DNA of 64,000 nucleotides from Octopus sinensis. Taxonomy: Eukaryota. The stretch covers positions 36,952,001 to 37,016,000 of the forward strand of contig NC_043007.1 in assembly GCF_006345805.1 (NCBI RefSeq), read 5' to 3'. Positions within the stretch are counted from its first letter, which is position 1, and every line of letters begins with the position of its first letter. Position numbers and translations under genes: made by a program. The notes beneath the pieces were generated by a model. The model worked only from the letters and a program-made list of their open reading frames with translations, searched no databases and was not told the DNA's origin. Shown here in pieces: positions 25,682-38,370 of the stretch.

Positions 25682-26180
25682 TGTATGTATGTATGTATGT
25701 ACACACATGCGCGGGCACACACACATACATATATATGTATATCTATATGTATGTACGTATGTATTTATGTATGTATGTATGTATATATGTTTGCATGTAT
25801 GTGCGTACGTATATATGTACGTATGTATTTATGTATCTCTGTACGTACGTATATATGTACGTATGTATATATATACATGTATGTATGTATGAACGCATGC
25901 ACGTACGTATGTGTGTATATGTATGAGTGTAAGTATGCATATATGCATTAATATTATGTACGTACGCAACTATGTGCGTCCGCAACTATGTACGTACGTA
26001 TATATGCATCAATGCTAGTATGTATAATTGTAAAAATGAATGTACGTACGTATGTATGCATGTATGTACGTATGTATGTATGGATGTACGTATGCATGCA
26101 TGTATGTATGTGTGCATGTATACGTGTACGTATGTATGTATACATATATGAGTGTAAGTGTGTATGTATGAACGAATACA
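24130..26180. repeat. Extended (TACA)n/(TATG)n/(TA)n/(CA)n microsatellite field
   Basis: Direct reading; short unique spacers in between. Confidence 0.9.
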
Positions 26181-27124
26181 TGTGTGATTGCAAGAATATA
26201 AGTAAAAGTCTATGTAAGTATCTTCCATCTTTTACTTGTTTCAGTCATTGGACTGCAGCCATGCTGGGGTACTACCTTGAGGGGTTTTGTCGAATAAATC
26301 GACCCCATTTCTTACATATTTTGTAAGTCTTGTACTTAATCCACCCGCCTGTTTTAATTTCTGTAATATCATTATGAAATGATGCCCCAAGACCTAATAA
26401 AATATCCTGATCTCACATAAATCCTGCCCTTAGCATTGCCGTCTAACCAGGTTCCTAGTATCATATACTCATTTTGCTGGGGTTTTTCGAAGGGTGATTG
26501 TAGAGTGTTTCACACTTTCTATCATTGAACTGAATGTATTTTTATATTTTTATTATTTTTTATATTTTTTATACCTACCTTTATATGGCTTTCGGATTTT
26601 CAATAGGTTATTGGCATTATCAGAATTCTTGATTGCCTTTGACATTTTGTTAATATCAGTAATTGAGAATGGCTGTTCTTATAACTGCAGATATGTCTGA
26701 GAGAGAGGCACTATAAACAGTAATGGCTCCAAGATGATGAATTCTTTGAGACGAAATTATGTGTGTGCTTTTCCTTACACAAAAACGTTAGCAAGTTAAC
26801 TTTTATTCCTTAAAAATGTCACGCAATTGCTTTCCTAGTTTTACAGCCATATCAACACAACTTAACTTATGATGTATTATTCTACGATGCTTCAGTCTTT
26901 GGTATGTTCATAATGCTATAGATGTGTGTACTAAATTGATGTATGAAGCAGCTTTTACTCGGGTTAGATATATACAATTAATGATCATTCACCAGAATAA
27001 CATTGGTTGTTAGTTCGTACAGTATTGTCGCTGATATTGACCGGTATGCTCACTGGTTATTGACCAGTACAATAATTGATATTGTCCAGTTTTTTGAAGC
27101 ATCCCAGAGATCAATCTCTCCCGC

Positions 27125-27173
<49 letters not shown>

Positions 27174-27176
27174 AAT

Positions 27177-27300
27177 GGGGTACATGACAGGTTTTGATTA
27201 CTTGGCTCGGCTTGAGGAGCTCAAACTGTATTCCCTCCAATGCTGCCGTGAGCATTATATCATTTGCATGATGTGAAAAACATTCCGCCGACATTGCCAA
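27177..27300 (+). mobile_element. L2/CR1-group LINE C-terminal fragment
   Basis: YMTGFDYLARLEELKLYSLQCCREHYIICMM*KTF resembles the Y.ERL..L.LYSLE.RR.RY motif. Confidence 0.5.
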
Positions 27301-27433
27301 GATGATGTCGGTCCCGTAACATCCATCCTCTGCAAAAATCATGCTTACGTCATATCACAACACTAAGACAGAACACTTTCACCTCAACTGGCCCGGCGCT
27401 CTTTAACATTCTACCAAGACATTCTACGCCTAT

Positions 27434-27596
27434 AGGCGTAGGACTGGCTGTGTGATAAGCAGTTTGCTTACAACCACATGATTCCGGTTTCAGTCCTACT
27501 GCGTGGCACCTTGGCCAAGTGTCTTCTACTATAGCCTCGGGCCGGACCAAAGCCTTGTGAGTAGAATTGGTTGACGGAAACTGAAAGAAACCCGTC

Positions 27597-27683
<87 letters not shown>

Positions 27684-27904
27684 GGTGTGTGTGTGTGTGT
27701 GTGGTTGGTTTGTCCCCTCAACATCGCTTGACAACCGATGTTGGGTGTTTACGTCCCCGTAACATAGCGGTTCGGCAAAAGAGACCGATAGAATAAGTAC
27801 TAGGCTTACAAAGAATAAGTCCTGGGTCGATTTGCTCGACTAAAGGCGGTGCTCCAGCATGGCCACGGTCAAATGACTGAAGCAAGTAAAAGAGTAAAAG
27901 AGTA
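27434..27904 (+). mobile_element. SINE-A, full length
   Basis: Homology to 11-432. Confidence 0.9.
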
Positions 27905-28054
27905 AGACACACAAGAGGGGAAAAAAAAGACCCAATAGCATTCGAACGGTTCCTGGACAAATTCCTTCTACAAATTCCTGACAAACGACGTACAACCGTA
28001 TACATTACTGCAAACAGTAACTCTATACTCGAATAGGCTATAGTGTCCACAGTA

Positions 28055-28440
28055 GTGGAGGCGCAATGGCCCAGTGGTTAGGGCTGCGGACTCGCGGTCA
28101 TAGGATAGCGGTTTCGATTCCCAGACCGGGCGTTGTGAGTGTTTATTGAGCGAAAACACCTAAAGCTCCACGAGGCTCCGGCAGGGGATGGTGGTGATCC
28201 CTGCTGTACTCTTTCACCACAACTTTCTCTCACTCTTACTTCCTGTTTCTGTTGTACCTGTATTTCAAGGGGCCGGCCTTGTCACTCTCTGTGTCACGCT
28301 GAATATCCCCGAGAACTACGTTAAGGGTACACGTGTCTGTGGAGTGCTCAGCCACTTACACGTTTATTTCACGAGCAGGCTGTTCCGTTGATTCGGATCA
28401 ACCGGAACCCTCGTCGCCGTAACCGACGGAGTGCTTCCTA
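28055..28440 (+). mobile_element. SINE-E head with SINE-D tail
   Basis: GTGGAGGCGCAATGGCCCAGTGG head; 13-bp TSD AGTGTCCA(C/A)AGTA at 28042-28054 and 28441-28453. Confidence 0.85.
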
Positions 28441-29015
28441 AGTGTCCAAAGTATGAGGTAACATGAAACATGATTAAATGCCTTCTCCAGATGGTACTTT
28501 TAAGTTCATCTTGGCCTGAACCAATTCTGGCTGAAACCTAACAAAAGTATTCAACACAATCAAGCTACAGTCATTGGTCATTGGCTAGTATAGTCATTGC
28601 TTATTTAGCCGTATAGTCATTAGCTATTCATGAGTATAGCCAACAGCTATTGATCAGTATAGTAATTGGTTATTCCTCCGTCTCGTCAATTATTCTCGTT
28701 TACTAAGAGGAACATTCTCGAGCGAGTTATTTTTTCATGTCTCATGAGAATATTTATGTCTTTGGGAATAGTGTTATCAAAAATTTCGACCCTTCACTCT
28801 GGAACAATTTAAAGTATAAACCCTGCGTACGTGTGTGTGGGGGGGATTAGGTTAGGTAGGTTAATACATACATACATACATACATACATACATACATACA
28901 TACATACGTACATACATACATACATACATACATACATACGTACATACGTACATACAAACATACATACGTACATACATACATTCGTACATACGTACATACA
29001 AACATACATACGTAC

Positions 29016-29296
29016 ATGCTAGGATCTTCAACTGCTAGAAATATCAAAGTAACTCATAATTTCTTTGTAGACGATCTGAAGATTTTTGCTAAAAGGGTTA
29101 AAATGCCAAAAAAACCCCCCAAACAACTGGAATTAATAATAACATTTTTAGCTGATATAAGCATCGAATTTTGCCAAAAAAATGTTCATGTTTGGTTATA
29201 GAACGAGGAAATTCAATCCCCAAACCCAAAACCTGTGCATCAACGGTCTCTCTATCTTTCCCTTTCCACACAAAGAATGTTACAAGTACCTAGGCA
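29016..29296 (+). mobile_element. Reverse transcriptase fragment (Dong/R4-like), degenerate
   Basis: THNFFVDDLKIFAK...ITFLADISIEF...IERG...CYKYLG. Confidence 0.7.
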
Positions 29297-29344
<48 letters not shown>

Positions 29345-29348
<4 letters not shown>

Positions 29349-29855
29349 CAAATTAGAAATAAAACCACTATTAGGCAAATCAAACAGTGAAAGACATAGA
29401 AATAGAATTAATTAATATAATATACAAAATATATAAAATATAAAATTCAAAATTTAAATGATTTAAATTTAAAGTTAAAAATTTAAAATTATTAATGTAT
29501 ATTTATAAATTTATATATGACGAGTCGTGTCCTGTCTTGCCTTCGAAACACGCTTGAGTCTAACTAGCGACAGCTGATGATTGGGGATTTTTCCTTGTGT
29601 AGTATGTCCTGTACTTTGTTTTTCTGTTGTAAAATAATGTTTTTCCCGTTTTCGTTTCTCGTCCAGTTCCACGTCTCTGTTTTTCTGTTGTAAAAAAATG
29701 GCTTTTCCGTTTTCGTTTCTCGTTGAGTTCTACGTCTAGTTGTGGTGTCCTGTACTCATGTATATGCATTTATATATGCATGTATATATACATGTAGATG
29801 TAGGTACGTACATATATGTTTGTATGTATGCATATATTTTATTTATTACACTATA
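29345..29855 (+). mobile_element. Penelope-like fragments embedded in (TA)n
   Basis: 29345-29420 is homologous to the palindrome arm at 38064; 29525-29855 is homologous to 45381-45640 (-). Confidence 0.55.
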
Positions 29856-29876
29856 TATAACTATGTATGTATATAT

Positions 29877-29925
<49 letters not shown>

Positions 29926-30082
29926 TATATATAATGTTTGACGTCCTGCTTAACAATTATATATCCGCTGCAGTAAGTGTGTGAATCTGAGTGGGGAATA
30001 TGTTGAATATAAAATCGTAATTAATTGATCCTCCTGTATTTTCTTTTACCCAAAGCCAGAAACTTTTCAGCACTACCTCGAG

Positions 30083-30124
<42 letters not shown>

Positions 30125-30204
30125 GTGTGTGTGCGTGCGTGTGTGTGTATGTATGTATGTATGTATGTATGTATGTATGTATGTATATGCATGCATGTAG
30201 GTAT

Positions 30205-30590
30205 ATGCAGGCATGTAGGTCTGGCTGTATGATTAAGAAGCTTGCCTCCAAACTATGTATTCTTATGTCCCACAGCGCGAAACCTTGAGCAAGCGCCTTC
30301 TATTATAGCCTCGGGTCGACTAATCTCTTCTGAGTGGATTTCGTGAACTAACGGAAACTGAAAGAAGCCCGTCGTGTACGTGTATGTGTGTGTGAATCTT
30401 TGTGCTTGTGTTTGACAAACTGTGCTTGTTTGTTTAAGCCCGTAACTTAGCGGTCCGGCAAAAAGATTCCACTAGAATAAGTACCAGACCTAGAAAAAAA
30501 GTACTGTGGTCGATTTGTTCGACTAAACCCTTCAAGGTGGTGCCCCAGCATGGCTGCAGTCTAAATGATTGAAACAAGTTAAAGGGAAAA
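30205..30590 (+). mobile_element. SINE-A, diverged
   Basis: Homology to 11-432. Confidence 0.8.
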
Positions 30591-31294
30591 GACGTGTTGT
30601 ATGTGTGTTTGTGTGTGTGTAAATATATGTGGATATGACTGTTCCGTTAGTGAATGTCTGTGTGAATGCACGAACAAATAACGGTTGTGATTAGCGGCAG
30701 ATTTCCGTCAAATCGAATCAACGACGCTCTCTCTGCTTGCAGTTGTTCGATTCTCGGATAAGCTGTAGTTGTAAATATAATTTACGAGTATTTCGTTTTG
30801 AATAGTTTTGTATTAGTTTCGCTGAATCTTACGGGTCTATATGGCTTGCAGAGGAACCATTCCGACAGCAATATCAAGCTTTGACTGATTTCCCCGATAA
30901 AGAAACGTTTAGCGAGCGATTCGTTTTAACAAACAGATGTGAGATAAATAAATATCGATCGGTTAGATCAGATGATATCGGTTAATACTAGGACGATGGA
31001 GGGATGAGCTTGCGCCGGACTATATGCCCTAACAGGATATTACTTTCGTCATTAGATTCCAATCTCAAGCTTCCAGCCAATGACAAAATAAACTCTATAA
31101 CATAAATTGAATATTGTCTTCCTATGTCTTTTACAAATATCAACTCACGTGTACATACATAACGTATACATACATATATGCATACATAGATGCATACATA
31201 CATGTATTTAATTTTAAAACATTTTTCAAATTATAAACAACAGAACAAAATAATAAACAAGGTCTAAACAATAGTTAGAGTAAATTTCTATAAA

Positions 31295-33439
31295 TTAATG
31301 AGAGCTTTGTCTATGTACATTTTTGCTTAATTTCTCAATATCAGATGCATAATTTGTGACTTTAAGCTTCACACAAGCTTCGGAATGTTGAATTGTCAGA
31401 CAACTTCTTTGTGGACTCAAAACAGATTTCATATGTGAAAAAATTTGTTCGCATGTATATGTTGAGCCAAAAGCTGAAAGCAGAGCACATGAGATTTTCT
31501 TCAAAGAATTGAATCTCTCAGGCAACGACATTCAGCAATTGAAGACGGTAACAAACTTCTCCAAGTAGCTTCTTTCAAGAGTTTTTAATAATTCCACAAT
31601 TTTGTTCTCCAGAATTCTGAAGTTGTTAATTCAATCATTTCCATTTCAAAGCTATCGACGTGCATCCACTCAAAAAGTGATAGATCAAATGGGTTCGTTT
31701 TCAAATCAATCAAATCAGATTTGATGATAAAGAAAAGTATAGGAGCGTAAATTTCGAAATCTTACCTCGCTTGGAAAATTCCTCTTTCAGCGTTGCAATA
31801 TATTTTTGAAGTTCATTTTTATTAACATTACATCGATTTTAATAAGCTTTTTCATTTGGAAAGTATTTGTAAGTGTTGCTAAGTATATCACGCCAAAAAA
31901 TATCTAGCTTTAACAAAAATCCTTTCCAGCGTTCAAGAAGACGAAGTATTGTTTGATCTCTCACTTGTAAATGCAAATTTAAATCATTCAAGTGTTTGCC
32001 TATGTCAGTTAGGAACATCAGTTTAAATAACCACTCTTCATTGTTCAATTCTGGGAAATGCTTCTCTTAAAAAAATATTCTGATTTCTTCTAAGCATGAT
32101 ACGAATCTGTTCAAAACATTACCCCGACCAACCCAACGGGCATTGCTGTGTAGTGGGAGGTCTGCATTTTCGCTGTCCAATTCTTGCAGAGAGGACTTCA
32201 ATTGTATGTGAGTCAGTGAAGAGCGAGAAACTATGAAGTTAACTATTTTAACAACAGTCTCCATGACAGAACTCGAGCTTTGTGACGAAATTTTTGCAGC
32301 TAACTTTTCCTGATGTATAATGCAATTAAAACACACTACATTGCGTCCAATATAATTTTCAAGAAGCTTAACAAATATTTTTCCTTTTCCAACCATTGCA
32401 TGTTCACCATCAGTAGTATTACAAAATATTTTATTTATATTAATTCCTTGATTTTCGAAATAATTTACAAATGCAGTCAGAATGTCCTGTCCAGTAGTTG
32501 TATCGGTAAGAGGAATCAAACAGCATAATTCTTCATAAATACGATCACTGTCACAGTATCTTGCTACAATTGCTAGGCGCGCTATGTCATTCACATCAGT
32601 ACTTTCATCGAAAGCGGTTCTAGGAAAGTTCGCCGCAAGACAATTTTGCCACAAAACAAAAGTTGAGTTGCCCTCCTTAGTTCATGATTGTTTCAACCAA
32701 TAAGAAGTGGTAAAGCAATCGGATCTAGTTAATTTCATTCGCAAAATTACCCCCGCCCCTTTAATTTTGCTCAGATTGTTTTCAATTTTGGTGTAACTTA
32801 AATTAAAGAGTCTCATGTTATTTGGAATTAAATTTGGGAATTTTAGCCAATCAACAGACAGTGAGGAATTAACATCTTGTTACCATGGCGAACTTTCCGG
32901 ACACGATTGATAGTGACACTGAATGCAGCAGCTTTTTGTAATCCAACTTTTTGCTTCATTATGTTTTCAGCTATATCAGTTATACGTCACTCAATTGATC
33001 TTGCAGAAACTGGTATTTCTTGAATTCGAGACAGTATTGTTTCAGCGTTTGGTAAATCACTGAACAAAATTTTTGCACTTCTCAGAATAGCTTTTTTGAT
33101 AAATTCTCCATCTGTAAAAGGTTTACCTTTCTCAGCTATACATTGAGCAATTGTCTAACTACATTCGTTGGCTTTTTTTGGTTCCAAGCATTTGAATAAA
33201 AACAGAAGTGCTTTTTTAACTGAAATAGCCCTTTTTATGGCTTCATTTTTCTCATCAGAGTTTTAAAATGTAGTCTGGAGTCTAGTTTGATAGTGTCTTT
33301 ATACACTTGATATACAACATACGACAGATTCACAGCAGAATGCACACACAGCACGATCATTTTGCTGTACAAATCTATACTCAGATCTCCAGAAATATTG
33401 AAATGACCGAACGTCAAGTTTTTGTCTTTTGTTACTCAT
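31295..33439 (-). pseudogene. hAT transposase relic (Buster/SPIN/GTF2IRD2-like)
   Basis: ATG at 33439, BED-like VCAFCCESVV..RHY, DESTDVNDIARLAI, TTDG..AMVGK, CIIHQE, ARW...GNVLNRF, FLTDI..HLNDLN, AFGSTYTCEQIFSHMK...RS.LT; several stops and frameshifts; TIRs not identified. Confidence 0.9.
32615..32905. mobile_element. 291-bp MITE inserted in the hAT transposase
   Basis: TIR core GGAAAGTTCGCC (32623-32634) / GGCGAACTTTCC (32887-32898); degenerate 8-bp TSD ATCGAAAG / ATTGATAG; removing it restores FSVTIDESTD. Confidence 0.75.
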
Positions 33440-34376
33440 CTTGTGGCACTATATATTGACAATTAATATTAACAGGTGTAGAAACCCTTAAATCAGATTT
33501 TACAAATAAAAATTAAAATAACTAAAAATATAATTAGAATAAAATAAATAATAAAAAATCTTTTTATTGAAATAAATTTTATGAATAAATTTTCGTAGTA
33601 ATAAAAATAATTCGATTAAAATAAATGGTAAGAATAAACAGAAAAAAAAGATATACACTAAAAAAATCAGACAACTTGACTCACAAAAAAGAAATTGAAA
33701 CCAAAGAAAATAAGTATAAATTTGGACTTTTCATGTTTGTTTGTCTTTGAAAACCCTTCTCACTACCGCTTTTTCTTTCCATTTAATATAAAACTGGCCT
33801 CAAAATGAGATAATTTTAAAAGAGTCTACTTATAGATGACTCGCAAAGTAGGAGCCCTTTTTAAAGAGTGCTCTTATTTAGACTGGCTGCTGTAAAGTGG
33901 TTAACTAATTTTTGATTTTAAAAATAGGCGTTTGCAGCTTAAGCTCCTGGCTTAAGTGATAAAGTACATATAAATGCTTTCAGCGCCATCTTACAAGCAA
34001 CAAGTTAACTGTGGTAACATTTATAATTTGGTATCATCAAAATTATTTGTGTTCACTACTACTATAATTTTAAGGAAGTGTAATACTACCAAATACAGCT
34101 AACCTCAGATAGTTTAGGTTAGAATAGATGGATCATAAAAAAAGACATGTAAGGATGTAATTTAATTATTATGATATCGCTTCCTGAAATATAGTTATAA
34201 ACAAAAATTTACGTTTATTTTTTGCCAAGAGTCGTGTGTACCATAGTGAATTGGTCCGCATGCCACACATGGCATGCTTGCCATAGGTTGCCGACGCATG
34301 ATCTAAAAGAAATCTGTGTGTGTTCTTGTCAAGGGAGTAGCTAAAAAGCATTTATTGAATGGGTTTTATGTCCACC

Positions 34377-34407
<31 letters not shown>

Positions 34408-34689
34408 GTGTGTGTGCGTGTGTGTGTGTGTGTGTGTGTATGTGTGTGTGTGTGTGTGTATGTGTGTGTGTAGTGTGTGTTGAATGTCCTTTCAATATGT
34501 TTTGAAAAATGACCATCTGTAAGTTGATGGGTGTGTATGCTGTGAAGAATTTCTCTTGTTGAAAAAAGAATAAGGATTTTTCTTTGGGTTAGATGTATTC
34601 TTTTTAGTGTTTTCACCTGTGTGTATGTGTGTTTGTGTGTGTGTGTTTGTGTGTGTATGTGTGTGTGTATGTGTGTGTGTACAGAGTTT

Positions 34690-35150
34690 GGTACTTTTTT
34701 GTTGTCTCACCCCCATTAAAAGATTGGGTCATCTCCCCCGTTTTACGAGAAATATCGGTACTTTTGGTAATCTCCCTCAACTAATAAAATTGTTTAACCC
34801 TCAATATAATAAAAACAACAACAACAAAAATGAAAAAATTAATAAACATGAAAAGTGGAAAGATAAAACATCTTATTGAATCTGATAATATTTTAATGAC
34901 AAACATAAAGCTGAATATGAAAATTGAAAAAATTAAAGTTATTATTGAATCAAACAACATTATTATAATAAATCATACCATGTCTATTGTGGAGGCCAAA
35001 CGCCAATAGTGTGTGTTGAAGTATTGAATCAAAAGGATCTAACCCTTTTAATCCAATCTTTTGTTGCCACATAAACTCAATTTTTTAGTGGGGAGATAAC
35101 CCAATTTTTTAATGGCAATTTTTAATGGGGATGAGATAACCAAAAAGAGC
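34690..35150. mobile_element. About 460-bp element with imperfect terminal inverted repeats (MITE-like)
   Basis: CTTTTTGTTGTCTCACCCCCATTAAAAGATTGGGTCATCTCCC mirrored near 35090-35150; (TG)n on both sides. Confidence 0.5.
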
Positions 35151-35379
35151 CCAGAGTTGTGTATGTGTGTGTGTTTTTGTAATGTTTTCTTTTTTGTGTA
35201 TGTGTGTATGTTTGTGTGTGTGTATTTGTGATGTTAACTATTGTATGTGTGTGTGAGTGTTTTTTGTGTGCAATTCACTGGCGCATTTTATCCAGCGTTT
35301 GACCTCCTGCATATATAACGCCTGTATTTTATGATTATCAAAATATTGGGTGTGCTCTAGTTTTCCACTAAATGTCCAT

Positions 35380-36590
35380 ATGCCCAAATTGTAGAAACAA
35401 GGTCCTACTTGTTGAGTGTTTACTGATGGAAGATCTGAGTTTTACATACGTTGAGAGTGAAACTCAAGCTTTCATATTTGCCAGTCAAAGCGTCAGCAAT
35501 TGTCTGTAGTTCTACTGTGGTTCAGTTAGCTATGTAGCCGTCTGCCAGGTTCGAATAACTTGCTATCCCTGTTGGATGAGATTTAGATACCTTGTAGGTG
35601 TTTGCTCAAAGTAAACTCGCGCATGCCTGAACGGAAGCTGGGAAAGTGTGCAGCAGGTGATTACGCATCCCTATCTAACTACATGTCTCATTTAAAGCTG
35701 TTTTGTTGTTGAAGGTTGAACACTGGCACCGCATTTTGGATTTCATTAGGATGTGCAGAAATCATGGATCTAGTTTTTTTCATTCACAAAATATGCATTT
35801 TTAAAAGGGAGTAAAAAATCAGTCTCATTGCTATGAAGGTATGATGTTGTGAAGAAAAAAATTAGAGGAAGGAGTTACAGAGGTTTAAAGATTGGAAAAA
35901 CTCTGTATTGAAAGCCATCTGAGCAAAATTAAAGGAGGCTCATTTTGCGAACGAAAAATACTAGATCAGAAATCATTGCTTGCGATGAATATTTTCGTAG
36001 AGTGTCAAGTTTGGTTAACACTTCCCATTGATCTTCCAGATATACGGAATCCAATGTCGTGGTAAAGTCTACGAAAACCATGTACAACAGTTGTGTTGCT
36101 CAAATCGTTTCTTCTCTATATAGAAACCGCAGAAGGTCATATCAACTGTGACTCTGGAAGGTTGAAAACCAGACTGCTATTTATGTAGGTGCGTCTCCGG
36201 TATTGGATTAAGTTGATTGGGCAGGAGTCTATATATGATGTGATTAAATATGTATACAAAGTCAAATGCTTTTTTAATAAACAGTTAATACTTCACAGAA
36301 CCTTCGGCAGCCTGGAACGGCAATCAAGCCGAAAATTTTCCATGTAGTTATGACTCTCCTGTATGCGATTATCTCCCTTGCAAGATGCCGAAAGACAATG
36401 GCTGAAATCTATTCATTTGTGATTTATTTGTGTCAAGATCAGCGACTGATATCGCTTGACATTTTCCAATGGAAATTTTCGATTTTCCAAGATTTGTCTA
36501 CGTTTCATTATAAACTAATCCTAGGTGGCTCATTGAAAGAGTTAAATTTATGCAAGTGTCTTCAACGAAATCTGAATTAACTTACAATTT
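35380..36590 (-). mobile_element. RTE-clade reverse transcriptase relic, heavily degenerate
   Basis: QSGFQPSRVTVDMTF, LYMVFVDFTTTLDSV..W.VL.KL, DSKLF, ELQTIADALTGKYESLSFTLNVCKTQ. Confidence 0.7.
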
Positions 36591-37059
36591 GCTTAAAATA
36601 CAGTTTACTTCACGATTGAACGTTAGGTTTGAGATAGTATAAGGAGAATTCAGGGATTTGAGGTAGCATTTTGCTGTTGTTGCTGCTGCTGCTGTTGTTG
36701 TTGTTGTTGTTAAGCAACAAGACGGGTAAGGGTGATTAGGTGATTGTCTAGGGCTTAGGGGCGGGAGACCCCAGACCTTGGAAAAAAAAAAAACTTTGGT
36801 TGTCTTGTAGTTGAGGACTCTTCGTTGACGCCCGACACCACTGGGAGGTGACCCTCGAAGTCGCTGGAAATGGAGATCTCCAGGTCCAAATTCTTGAACG
36901 GAAGTATGCTGCTGTAGTTATTTAGCACTTGGTCAGCCCTGACAAGGCAGATGTATTATCAAAGATGCTCCAAATGTGAACATTGTGTGTGTGTGTACAG
37001 AGAGAGAAAGCGAGACAAAGAGAGAAAAGTGAGGCGCGCACGCTGTGTGAGTGTGTATG

Positions 37060-37241
37060 AAAACGCATAGCTTGTGATTAGGTTACTGGGTTCACGATTA
37101 TAACGTCCTGAGTTCGATTCTAGACCGGTCGGCACGTTGTGTACTTGAGCAAGGCATATTCCACATTGCTCCAGTTCTAGAAAGTTACCCTCCCAGACAC
37201 AAGTCCCGGGCAAGGTGGTTTATGGAAGACCAGCAGTCGCC
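37060..37241 (+). mobile_element. SINE head followed by an inverted SINE-C tail fragment
   Basis: GTTCGATTCT box and CTTGAGCAAGGC core on +; 37177-37241 matches 39297-39361. Confidence 0.65.
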
Positions 37242-37481
37242 AAGCAGTTCATTCAGTTCAAAAATAAATACCAAGCAGTTGCTGTTACAGCTAGTTGTTA
37301 TATTCTCGATGCTTAGATGGGAGACCCGAGAGAATGTTTACGTTTACTCCTCACTAAAGCAATTAGCGAAAGCATGGTCCTTTCTACAATCTCAGTCTCA
37401 TTTCCGAGCGACGGCTAAGCACTCTAACTCTCTCTCTCTCTCTCTCTCATTCACACACACACACACACACACATGCATGCA

Positions 37482-37521
<40 letters not shown>

Positions 37522-37649
37522 CACGTGATCTCTATATAGAAACCGCAGAAGGTCATATCAACTGTGACTCTGGAATGTTGAAAACCAGACTGCTATTTAT
37601 GTAGGTGCGTCTCCGTATTGGATTAAGTTGATTGAGCAACACAACTGTT

Positions 37650-37908
37650 GTTACACATCGCTGGTCACAATGCGTTCGCATTATTTTAGCCTTTGAATGA
37701 CGCCACCCCGCTGGCTAAGCGAGAGGCCAACAGAAGAAAGAGTGGAGAAAGAGTGGTGAAAGAGTACAGCAGGGATCAGCACCCCCTGCCAGAGCGTCCT
37801 GGAGCTTTTAGGTGTTTTCGCTGAATAAACACTCACAACGCCCGGTCTGGGAATCGAAACCGCGATCCTACGACCGCGAGTCCGCTGCCCTAACCATTGC
37901 GCCTCCAC
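37650..37908 (-). mobile_element. SINE-E head with tail type 3
   Basis: Head as at 28055; tail GCGAACGCATTGTGACCAGCGATGTGTAAC. Confidence 0.8.
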
Positions 37909-37958
37909 ACTCACACACACACACACACACACACACATATAATATATATAATAGATAT

Positions 37959-38011
<53 letters not shown>

Positions 38012-38025
38012 TGACACACACATAA

Positions 38026-38068
<43 letters not shown>

Positions 38069-38177
38069 ATTATAATAAATTAGAGACAAAACCACTATTA
38101 TGCAAATCAAACAAAGAAAGACTTAAGCCAATACATAAATTAATTTATATAAATTTAGAAATTTAACAATTATAAAT

Positions 38178-38238
38178 AACCACTACGATCGTTTCATGTC
38201 TTATTTCAGCACATCTTTGAGACATTCTTCAGGTGGTT
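38178..38238 (-). ncRNA. Minimal type I hammerhead ribozyme motif (left arm)
   Basis: Reverse complement of 38310-38370. Confidence 0.8.
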
Positions 38239-38309
38239 TCAAAACCTAAAAATAATCAATATTTTTAAGATATAAATACTTAAAATATTGATTATATTTT
38301 AGGTTTTGA

Positions 38310-38370
38310 AACCACCTGAAGAATGTCTCAAAGATGTGCTGAAATAAGACATGAAACGATCGTAGTGGTT
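38310..38370 (+). ncRNA. Minimal type I hammerhead ribozyme motif (right arm)
   Basis: AACCAC CTGAAGA ATGTC..GACAT GAA ACGATCGT A GTGGTT; predicted cleavage after GUA at 38364. Confidence 0.8.

Noticed and set aside
29530-29590. Permuted hammerhead (CGAAA before CTGATGA; also 12750-12800, 14525-14575, 45590-45630)
   Set aside because: Could not form stems I and III around a NUH site
33800-34020. TIRs of the hAT element
   Set aside because: No matching inverted pair with an 8-bp TSD could be identified on both sides
34750-35100. Mitochondrial insertion (NUMT)
   Set aside because: AT-rich but no mitochondrial protein, rRNA or tRNA motif; better explained as an inverted-repeat element
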